Below are positions 53,555 through 64,000 of a DNA stretch of 64,000 nucleotides, piece by piece. Below the pieces are notes generated by a model. The model saw only the letters and a list, made by a program, of their open reading frames with translations, made no database searches and had not been told where the DNA came from. The first letter of the stretch is position 1; every line of letters begins with the position of its first letter. The stretch comes from Geosiphon pyriformis uo1 (lineage: Eukaryota > Fungi > Glomeromycota): assembly GCA_016748015.1 (NCBI GenBank), contig JAAOMT010000602.1, positions 261,696-325,695 of the forward strand. The letters run 5' to 3'. The position numbers were made by a program, and so were the translations under genes.

Positions 53555-54924
53555 TTATATAGTCAGCCATGGAAATTGCCCAGGAGGACGTTGCATCATC
53601 ATCCCAAAGTAAGGACCAATATGCGCAGCATAGCTCTTGGTTGAGTATTGGTTGTTACATTGCTATAAACAAAGAAGAAAATGAAGATTATTAACATAAA
53701 TAATCGTTTAAATTTTAAGGAAACCTTGAGAAATATTTACCAGGCTCTCTTCAACAAAATTATCTAGCCCTGATCGTGGCCCCGCACAAGCAAATACCTT
53801 TTCTGTAGCACACAAGCAATCATCTGCCTCAATCCAAGTTTCCAGAAGTGTGTGGGTGTAAAACGATTCAAAAGGACTCAATGGTAGCCTTGGAACATAA
53901 TCGTCCATATTAATGAGCCGAGAAATTCTAATCTTGGTATTGGCGAGTGAATTCAAATAATGTGCAAATTGGCGATTACCAATACGAGGTTGTCCTAAAG
54001 TAAACACGCTTAACTTTTGTTTAACGTTAAGCGCTATTAATTCTAGCATTCCAAGCAAAACATATACTGAAATGCTCAAAAATTAAAATAATTTAATATT
54101 TAAATCAAAACAATTTAAATGCATTTTAATTTTAGAAAATTCTATAAGCTTCTTACCACCACCCGAACCATGTCCAACTCCGATAACATCTTCAACATCT
54201 CCATTTTTAAGTTGAGTATCATAAAACTCTTTAAATTTCGGTTTTATGCTCTCAAAACGACTCCTAAACTCATAATCAATTTTTGCCCCAGCGATCCCAG
54301 GATAAGGAACCAAGATATTTTGCCTAACTCCCCAGTATTCCTCATTTCCTAATGGTTCCCCTCTAATGCCAATAACTACCTTTTTTTTCTGATAAAAAAT
54401 AAAGCCAGCTGCAAGAGAGTTGAAATCATTCTGTCATGACAAAATTAGTTGGGGAAAATCACATCTGCAAAGTTTCAAATAAAAATACCATAGATTCCTG
54501 GGCCAATAGCTTGCGTTTCACTAAGACAATAAGAAGCCATAGTCAAAGTTGTGAATTGTTTCAAAATATTAATTTCTCCATTAATTGATCCTTCAGAAAG
54601 AGGGATTTTAAAATTTCTTTTGCTAAAATTCAAGAAATTTATTGATTGCGAGATATTTTTTTCAGTCAAAAATTTTTCTTTGCTTTTCACATTTGGCTCT
54701 GTTAAAACTTTCACTTGTTGAGCCATAAGATTTTCATGGGAATCATTTTCTGCTAGAGCAAGGCTTAAATGAGCTGTTGCTGAAAGATTTCCAGAATTTT
54801 GGGAGAAGCTCCATTGTCTTATTACCAAGGCGAACTTGAATACAAAAAGAAAAGCGATAAAGTAGAACTGAAATATACGACCTTCTAATTGCCTTTTGAT
54901 ATAAAGTGTTGATTTTAAGGGCAT
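53555..54924 (-). CDS. Class 3 lipase (Lipase_3) homologue with non-canonical nucleophile elbow, 4 exons
   Basis: Exons 54924-54489, 54408-54157, about 54066-53741 and about 53662-53555. Motifs: MASYC, VVIGIRG, GVGHGSGG|V, VFTLGQPRIGNRQFA, RLINMDDYVPRLP, YTHTLLETWI, C..HIGPYFG. N-terminal hydrophobic anchor. Confidence 0.88.
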
Positions 54925-56093
54925 TCTGTTAACTAAATCTTTTAAATAATGAATTTGAATATCTAGCAGCTGTAAAAATCTCGTAGGACTTTAACATAAC
55001 GAAAAATAATTTTTTAGGGGAAATTATTTAAAGAAATGGGACTCTTTATATTAGATTTACACCATTTTTGAAACAAAAACAAATATTTTCCATTAAACGT
55101 GTGTCTTTTATGGTAAATAGATCTGACAACTGCGTCAGAAAAAATTCCATTTATCTCCTTTGGTTATTCCGAATATCTTGGCTTTTTCTAACTCAATTTT
55201 GATCATTTTTCTAGCTGCAAATTTTTGTAATAGCTGAATTATGAAAAGTTTTGTGCGTGCTTAATTCTTTTAGGCACCGCGCAACAACACTAAATAGCCG
55301 ATAGAAACATATGTTCATAGGTGGAAAAGGACTTTTCAAGAGAGATCCAAAAATTTAATTTTTAATTTTTACCAGCTTTCTAAAGCTAAAAATCTACCGA
55401 ATTTAGTCTTTAGAAGATAATTTATAAGTTTTACGTGAAAAAAATTGGACTTCGATTCTTTGGTCATTGGTAAAAATTAATAAAAGTGGTGACAGGTTTT
55501 TTTAAGGAGATTCATTTAATTTTTGCCCCTTTGAAAGTTTTTTTCATTCCCTATTTAAATGACCACACATGTCAGAGATAGGAGGAAAAAACTAAATGTC
55601 TATGATTTCACAATATTTCAAATAATTTTATTGTATCAAACTGGTGTAAAAGATAAAAGGCAACTCATATAGATTGGACTCGGATTTTAAAAAAAAAACT
55701 GAAAGGAAATTAATGAAATAAAAATAATCATCAAAAGCTACGTTGATTTGATCGCTGGGATATATTAATTTTTATTTTCGACTTGAGAAATTTAAAAATA
55801 GAATTAAAAGATATGACTTTGTTTAATATTGATTCAAAAAAAAAACTTTCTAAAATAGCCGATAAACCCTTAAAGATCATGCACCCTTGAAGATGGTGCA
55901 ATTGAAATTATTTTCTTTTGCAAGTACAAATTTTAAAGTTTGTTAATATAATTGTCAAATTAGATTTTTTCTATGAGTTTTCGCTTTAATCCAAAACAAA
56001 TGATTTACGTTTTGGCAGATACTTCGTTTGATAGAATGCTAGCTTCAAGAGAATTTCCCAACATTTTTTGTGTACTGAAACAAATAGAAAACT

Positions 56094-56094
<1 letters not shown>

Positions 56095-56163
<69 letters not shown>

Positions 56164-56190
56164 GTAGTAATAATAAATAATAATAATAAA
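56095..56190. repeat. (ATA)n microsatellite
   Basis: Direct inspection. Confidence 0.95.
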
Positions 56191-57020
56191 TGGTGTAAAG
56201 CCATTTTTGGAGGTTTCTCTACCCCACACAGCTGCAAACTTAATTATAGACTGAAAATATATATATTTAAAAAAGGTATCGATAAAGTTTGTAAAGTGAC
56301 GAAACCATTTTTATTTTTGTTCGTCCAAAAATGAAAAATCAATTCAAAACGATACATGATATTGTCAGACCAATTCAGATAACAGTACGACATAAAGCTT
56401 ATTAAGTAAATATATAGCATAAGCTAATTCACTTCTATTAATAACTTTTTCAAAAATGGCGGCAACACCTATAATGGTATATTCTTTATCTTTAAAATTG
56501 GAAGCAAGGATTTTGTGTTAATGTTTCAGTTCAAGTTCTACTATAATTTATACAAGACAAAGGATAGATGCATATGATATTTCTTCCCTTGTTTCAAATA
56601 ATTGATTGCTGATGTTCGTTGCACAACATCCCATCCCAAGTGGTAAAATCATTGATATCTTTTTACGACGTGAAATTATTGACGCGTAATATTCCGTTAA
56701 TCAAACGCGTAGCAATAAACTACTTTCTCATTTTTCCGCAATGGGCTTGTTCAACTTGTAGATAAAAAGTTCTAATGAACATAAATGTATTTGTCTTCTA
56801 AAATTTAATAATTATACCTGAGATATTCAAAATGTTTATTCGATTTATTAATTTACCATTAAAAAATTTAATTACATTAATTAGTCACAACTTTGTTTTA
56901 CAAAAAAATTACAACGTCTAAACTTTCAGAAATAATATACAAATTTTAGTTCGTCCAAAGTTTTTTTTTTCAATTTAAAATTTACACGTTATCAAAAAAA
57001 ACTAAGCTCCAAACATAAAT

Positions 57021-57794
57021 CTACCCTTTCTCTGCAAAAAACGATGGAAATTTGAAAAGAACTTTTTTTGACTTTAATTTATCCAAAGCTGCACTTGTTT
57101 TTACACATATACCAAATGTTCCTGCACATGCAAGCAATTCTCCAGAACCACATTGATTCAACTCTTGAAGAAGGTAACCATGATGTTCCATTAATGCGTC
57201 TTGTAATTGTCGAAACTCCTGTTTTAATTTTTTGTAATTCTGGCCCTTATCTGAAATAACTCTAATCAGTAAATTCCGAAATTGTAGGTCAACATTCCTG
57301 AGATCCTTGATTGAATTAATCTCCCATCGTGATAAATGAATGTTAATCATTCTGTCTTCTTCAAGGTCAAACTCCTGCTCAGTGTCACTCGTTGATAATG
57401 TTTCATACTCTTGTTCAGTCTCATTCTGGCCTTTTTGACTCCAGATGTCAGATTGTTCGGAAAGAGTGATATTCTTTGGACCGGACCTTATTGTTTCTTT
57501 CTCTATTCTACTCCCTATTAATTTTGATAAACTTTGTGAACTTTTCAAACTTTTTGGAATTTGCGATCGGGGCAAAGGACGAGAGGAATCGAATAAAGTT
57601 TTATCAAAGAATTGACTTCCATGTTTTTCCCGATGTTGAAATGTGGAATATGAATAGGAAGATAAAGAAGCATTGTCAACGCTCACGAACGACCGGCATT
57701 CGAGTTCAGTTTCTATTTGGCTTTCCACTTGATTGTAAATTTCATTTGCTAGTCCCCATTCCACAGGCGTACCTAAGGCAGGTGTTGGTAGCAT
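57021..57794 (-). CDS. Hypothetical protein (disordered Ser-rich N-half, acidic patch, helical C-half)
   Basis: 257-codon ATG-initiated ORF with coding-like composition, preceded by a pyrimidine-rich leader. No family recognised. Confidence 0.7.
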   Translation of the reverse strand: MLPTPALGTPVEWGLANEIYNQVESQIETELECRSFVSVDNASLSSYSYSTFQHREKHGSQFFDKTLFDSSRPLPRSQIPKSLKSSQSLSKLIGSRIEKETIRSGPKNITLSEQSDIWSQKGQNETEQEYETLSTSDTEQEFDLEEDRMINIHLSRWEINSIKDLRNVDLQFRNLLIRVISDKGQNYKKLKQEFRQLQDALMEHHGYLLQELNQCGSGELLACAGTFGICVKTSAALDKLKSKKVLFKFPSFFAEKG

Positions 57795-60700
57795 TCCTGA
57801 TTTATAGTGATTTGAAAGTTTGTAAAAATACTGCTTGAAAATCTTTCAAAGGATGAGAAGGATGCAAAGAAATTCGGTAAAGTGGCACTTTAGAAGTTGA
57901 AAGGGGCCAGAGAGAGAGAAATTTTATACAGATAGCTAAATAAAATGTAATCAGATATTCATTGGAAAGCCTCTTTGAGTGAAGTTACCAGTGGAGATGG
58001 GCAAAAGGAAAGGGAGAAAGTTATTTAAAAAATATCTGGTTTCTTAAACATTGAAATAGAAGGTCAAGGAAATATGCAAAACACTTCTAATATAAATCAA
58101 TTTTTTTCAAAAATTCTCCCTCAACATTTTCTTCAACATCTTTAAATAATGCACTTTCATTCTAATCACATATTAATCACACCCATATTTACAATAGTGT
58201 AATGATTTAAATTTAGACAATAAACATTAACACAGATATAATTAATTGATAAATAAAAAAACTAAAGCTAGGTAACATCGAATGCATTCCTAGCCAGTTT
58301 CTCAATTATTTTTGGTGATACAACTATACTTGCTCAACTTCTAGTAGAAAGATTTTCCGGAAGAGTTTCTAACTATTGTTTATATAATAAATGAAACCGC
58401 ATTTAGAGTCGTTTCAAGGGAGCCGTTCAAAATTTCGGTCAAAAATTAGGGAAATTTAAAAAAAAAACATTGCGGGTTTTTCGTGTAATAAACATTTTTT
58501 GAATGACAGCCAAAAGCTACGTTATTTGCCCAATGGACCTCTAATTTACCCAAACCTGTACCCTAAAACTGAAAATTAATATTGTTCTATCTAAACATGA
58601 ACGATACCAGGTTTTCTTCGCTTTCGGACCCCCGGTTATATCACCTAAGCAACTGATGCCATCAAATTCCACATTTTGCAACACTCTTCGTGCCCAAAAC
58701 TAATAGCACGGAAAAGTGATAACCTTGAAAATTCACAAGAACAATACTAATTTTTCAACCCTCTTTGGAAGTGTGGTAATTATAGAATCTTATTGTAACG
58801 AATGGCCAATTTGTTTGGCTTATTTCTATGCTTTCCTAGCATAAAAGCATCTGAAAAATGCAATAAGACAGTTTAGATCTATTTATGGCAACAATGGATC
58901 AATTAACTTTAAAGATCATCCTTTGGCTGTAGGTAACTGTGAATAAAAAGCAAAGGAACATGGGACTCTAAATTTTTTTTTTAAAAAAACTCATCTGTGA
59001 AATTTTTTTCTGCATTATGAAATGATTGAATCTATTTCAAACAGCGCCAAAAAAAACCTCACTTGCGCCAAAATGTGATTACCCCCACTTAATTTGGTTA
59101 ATCCGCATGCCTTCTGTCAATCCAAGCAACCCGCATTGGGTTGAAACAGTGGCAATAATTCTTCTTTTTTGCTCAAATACATGTATTAAGCCATTAAGAA
59201 TGAGAATTTTTTCTCCGAAACTTTCTTTACGGAATTACAAATAACATCTTCAATGAGGGATATTAGCATGTACATGTCAAAATGAGCTGAATGCATTGCA
59301 TATTTTAAAGATCTTTATGGAGGCGCTATTAATTGTAATTTGAGATAAATTTTGGTGAAACCCAAATGCCACAAAGAAAAAAACATAAGTATTCTAGATT
59401 ATAAAAACCAACATTTTTATTCAGGTTTTGTCATCATGGAGTAATTTGGTATTACGAAAGAGCTTCATTATTTTCTTGTTTATATATATTCAATAAGGTA
59501 TTTATTTCGTTCTTTTGAACAAAGATTATTTTCAAAAAGAAATTTTTGATTGTCAAACAAAATTTTATTTGTTGACTTTTTTTAAGAACCAATGTTCTTA
59601 AAATACAAATTTCATTACAAAATCATGAATGTAAAAAAGTCAGTTGAAATTTTTATATTGGATCTTTCCATGCATATATAAAATTTATTTCATTTGAAAT
59701 ATTAAAAAAAAGAGTTTTTAATTTTTATTCCCAAGGAAAAATAAACTTGAAGCAAACCTTTAACATGTGTCTTGATTATAAATTTTGCTTTTTAATTAAA
59801 TTTATTAGATCTGTAAGAAACAAGTAAACAATATTCCATATGGTTTAATACATAACCAGTTACAAACTATATTCATAATTTATTAAATAAAAGAATATAT
59901 TTGTGCACAATAAAATGAATGGGTTGTGATTTTATTAAAATTTTCGAAATATTGTGATCAATTTCTATATAGTCTACACATAAAAATTTATATCAAATAC
60001 TCTAACAAGATAAGCTCTTTTTAAACAAAGAATATTTTAAGATTTTAAATTACTGAACAAATAAACTAGAATTGGGTTAAAAATTTTTTTTTATGATAAA
60101 GTACTTTTACAATCTTATTCATTTTGAAAAACCAATAAAAATTATGAGATTTTTCTCTTTGTTAGAAATTATCAACTTGGATTTTATCAAGGAAAAATAA
60201 GGTTCAGCATTTAGCATAACTTTTTTAAATTAGGATATAGCAATTGAATATTATGGTAATCCCGAAGAATTCGTTGTTTGTTTTTTAATTACTTGAAAAT
60301 TTTGAATTTTATAGGATACTACTTTTCCTTGTCCTTGTTTGTTATTATGAAAGTCAAAAAAGGATTCAAAAGATGTGATTCCGATGAAATAGATTCCTCT
60401 TGTATCCGCCGAAAATTTGTGTTTTGACAAGATTAATTTCGAATGGGAAATTTTAACGTATAACATATAATTGCTGTAGTCCTTTTAATTAAATTAAATT
60501 TGTTTAGATGTTCAAAAGTGATCTTTGATTTTGAGATTATTTCTTCTGGGATGATGAATTGAATGTTTCCCAGTTGAAAAAATAATTTTTTTCATCATGG
60601 TAAAATTAAAAATTTTGTCTTTTCTCTCTCGCTCATAACTTTCCACAAAAATATCAGTTTGGTTAAATAATAAATTGGATGCCACAATTTTTGCAGTTAA

Positions 60701-61894
60701 AATATTCGTTTATAAATAAAATTTTAAAGATTGTACAAGAAGAAACTGTAACTTTGGAACATAATTATCAATAAACATTTACATTTTCTGATCTGTTTGT
60801 GATTTGATATTAATTTCAAAAGTCTATTATAAAAAAGTGACTGATTTGCAAATAGGTGGCGAGAGATTAATTGTCCTTTTGGATCTTTTTGGCCCCTCCG
60901 TTAAAGTGAATCCAATTATGGTGATATAATTGTTTACACAAATCACGATCAGGAGTAAAAATATCCTTTTTCGCTTCCATATCTCAATCGTTGCGATCAG
61001 TTTTTAGATTAAAGTTCAACATCGAATATCCTCACGTGAAAATTTAAACTTTATTAAATTACTAGCCAATTATAAATTCTAATGCAAAAATCGATTAAAT
61101 GCACGTATTCTATAGGTGTGAAGAAGGTCAACGTTTCGCTTTATTGATGGCCAAAATTATCATAATCTCAACAATTCTGAACACTTTTTTCCAAAAACAT
61201 GTTCTGTTAGCTGAATGACCAAGACAGCATAATGGGAATATCTCATCTTTTATCAAATAAATGGTGCTCGTGAATTATTGAGATTGGGTATTTTTTAGTG
61301 AAGTTTTCACCAATAAGATGGTCTGCATTTTTTAGAATTTCTTTTAACATTAAAACTTTTACCAGGGTCTAGATACTAGATATGGAACAGACTTATCTTT
61401 GTTCAAAGTTTATTGGTGTCATTATTCCAGTTTTTGAAATTTGAAACATAATTTATTGGACGACAGAAAGGATTCAATTTCGATTTCATTTATCATCGTA
61501 CGATTGGTTTGCATTTAATGGAACTAATGGGAAGAGCAAGCGATTTCTGAACCGGAGGTTGGATCGAAATTACTAATTATTTCTCTAGTGATTCAGATGT
61601 TCCCCCCAATTTCTTTTAAATCTTTATTTCTAAATCAATTTTATCATAATTCAATTGTCTAAAGTCCCTCCCATTGTTTCTATAGGAAAAGCAAGTTTTC
61701 TTCAAAATTTTTATTTCGATTTAACGGTACTGTCAACTAATCATTAAATATTGAAATTTCCATTTTTAAATAAGTCTATTTTTCTCAAGTTTTAGCTATT
61801 GGTCACATTCGCCCCGAAATTAATTAATTAATTAATTAATAGTTTATCACGAAGAGTCTAAACCCCCGAAATATATTCAAAATTTTTCTTTTTT

Positions 61895-62460
61895 ACAGAA
61901 TATGCTGGCTTTTTTAAGTCAGCTGCACAAAATTTTCAAGTTAATTCTTGGAATACTTTAAAAATCCTGTTTTTTTGAAAATCCAACGTATGATTTAAAT
62001 AAATTAAAACAATGGAAAAATACTTGTTCTTGGTGCCAAAAGGTGTATTCATTATCAGTGTCAAAATCCCCTTCCAACTGTTGTAATGGATGTTCGCGAG
62101 AAGAAAGTCTATATCCAATTCAAAATCGGATGAATTCTCTTGTGCAATCTGAAGCCCACTTGGATCAATGTCTATACCGAGGTTAAAGATAAATAAAATG
62201 GTGAAAATAATTTGATCTAGGCCAGTATGATGATACGAAAGAGAATAAAATTATAACCTTGATCCAAGAAAATTCGATGCAATACTGCTCTTTTAAAATC
62301 TCATTCATTATTTGAGGTGAGTCATAATAATGACAGGTACATCATTATAATAAACTTATACCTGAGAACACTGCATCCACAACCAAAATGTGCTAAAAAT
62401 TTGTTTTCTAACTCATCGTAAACTGAACGAGCAATAAAAAGCAAACGGGCGGGCAAGTCT
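61895..62460 (-). pseudogene. METTL5: Decayed METTL5-like (18S rRNA m6A methyltransferase family) gene
   Basis: Exonic fragments ARLLFIARSVYDELENKFLAHFGCGCSVLS|IASNFLGS|FNLGIDIDPSGLQIAQENSSDFELDIDFLL...IMNTPFGTKN follow the order of METTL5 as recalled ([30 protein letters not shown]..AL....N...FE....DTVIMNPPFGTKN). The in-frame acceptor at 62190-62189 is AT rather than AG, the motifs are altered, and the N-terminus is missing. Confidence 0.75.
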
Positions 62461-63393
62461 TCGTTGATTCCAAATATGGCATCTGCTTGTTCTGGGATTT
62501 CGATCCACGCTAAAAATCAGATTGAACATCGTGATAGATTTGATGAAGATACGGGAATCAGCGAATTTGTCCTAGAAAGAAGCGATCGATACCACAAAAT
62601 TCATTCGACAATAGAATGAAAAAATTTCCCTTTGAGAAAAAAAAATTTTTTTTTCAATCCCGGATGACATACTTGAATCAACTCATTAAACAAACCTAAA
62701 AAAACTTTGATGATGAAAATCATTTAAATCTGATAAAATTGTAAAAAATCAATCTGCAGCTGATAAGATAATAAAAAGCTAAACAAAGCACCTTTTTCAG
62801 GGCTCCATCCAAACATTGGGTCGCAAAATCGCATTTTTTTTAATTATTCCAGATGATGGTTATTACGATCCAAACATGCGACATCAATTTTTGCAGCATC
62901 TCTTTCTCGAATCTTTGTCCCGTTTAAAATGCTCTATAAAAAAATTACCGATAAATGATGCTGATTAGAAAAGTTCCCGATAAGACGTTTATAAGATCTT
63001 GTAATATCGTTAAATACAAAATTCGCGACAAAGAAATCCAATGGAATCAGAATACTCACAAACGTGGGATCGAGTTGCCCAAGTTTTGGCGGAAGTAGAA
63101 GCAGAATGTTTGAATGGTGAGTACCATCACAATTAAATTTGATCCTAAAAACAGGGAATATACCTAACTTGAAATGGCGTGTCGATCTTTGACAATGATA
63201 CATTTAGCGTTTAGCAAAAATCAGACTATTAATACCATTAATATATATCACCAATGCGCAAATATAATATATATTCCGAAAGATTTTCCGTAGTTTACTT
63301 AAATCGCTACTTCATAGATAATATTTTAAAGTAGTTCAAATTTCCCCACGAATTCCTGTCAAATCGAGATTTATATTTTTTCTCATTGGTTAT

Positions 63394-63445
63394 CGACGAT
63401 CCACAGTTTTTTATTGACGATCCCACAGTTTTTTATTGCATCCCA
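63394..63445. repeat. Short tandem duplication (about 22-nt unit gacgatcc(c)acagttttttatt)
   Basis: Two adjacent near-identical copies. Confidence 0.8.
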
Positions 63446-63712
63446 AAGGTTCCATTGTCATATTTTGGGAATTCGTATTGAAATTTGACGTTGCGTAATT
63501 GGTCAGATTTCAATGAAATTTATATTTGTATGGAATGATTTTCTTTTCTAAATCTGGTGGTGTCTTATTGAAATGCATTTTCGAAGGGAGGGAAAAATCT
63601 TTATAGGCGCATAAAAAGAGAGGTTTTAGCTCCCCGGTACCCAACTTTATTACAAATATTCATACTTCTTATTTATTATTAAATAAACAGTCAATGACTC
63701 TATATTATCAGA

Positions 63713-64000
63713 ATGTCAACAATCATGAAACTTGACACTATACCGATCAATTCTAGCCAATCTCACGAACGCTTTTACTTAGCCAGCTATGTCCCTAACT
63801 CAAAATTTGAGCTCAATCTGGAAAATTCTTTTATTTTACAAAAATTTTCTGAATCTCTCAATAATCACTCATCATCTAGAATACCATTCAAAATTGACGA
63901 CGACTTTGACTATGATAATTTTATTCGAATGAACAGTCTTCTCACGCAGTATGAAGCAATTCTAGCATATAAAAGGAAGAAAATGCTTCAAAAAGAGGCA
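63713..64000 (+). CDS. 5' part of an unassigned ORF truncated by the window edge
   Basis: ATG at 63713, open for 96 codons to the window end: MSTIMKLDTIPINSSQSHERFYLASYVP...ILAYKRKKMLQKEA. Absent from the ORF track because it has no stop. Confidence 0.55.
   Translation, partial: MSTIMKLDTIPINSSQSHERFYLASYVPNSKFELNLENSFILQKFSESLNNHSSSRIPFKIDDDFDYDNFIRMNSLLTQYEAILAYKRKKMLQKEA

Overview
This is eukaryotic, intron-rich and very AT-rich fungal nuclear DNA. Introns are short GT-AG, mostly about 65-100 nt. Gene content and composition best fit an early-diverging fungus, probably Glomeromycotina (inference). Genes I could rebuild by hand: a CBM18+GH16 Crh/Utr2-type transglycosylase (-), a coiled-coil + 2xZZ zinc-finger protein (+), a large Ig-like-ectodomain multi-pass membrane protein (+), a full-length ABCB/MDR1-type ABC transporter (+), an orphan gene with an LFHGT motif and an (NP)n tail (+), a DHA2-type MFS transporter (+), a 4-finger C2H2 transcription factor (+), a class-3 lipase homologue lacking the canonical nucleophile Ser (-), two unassigned ORFs (-), a decayed METTL5-like methyltransferase (-), and an ORF running off the right edge (+). 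Between genes lie two Tc1/mariner relics, CpG-free ultra-AT-rich blocks, many microsatellites, several unidentifiable gene relics and a 193-nt assembly gap. I saw no rRNA, tRNA or CRISPR. Most interesting: a 3-nt microexon needed for a conserved MFS motif, a second microexon in the ZZ gene, the orphan ART-like gene between two drug-efflux pumps, the pseudo-lipase, and the mutationally scoured blocks. All homology calls are from motif recognition only; no searches were run.
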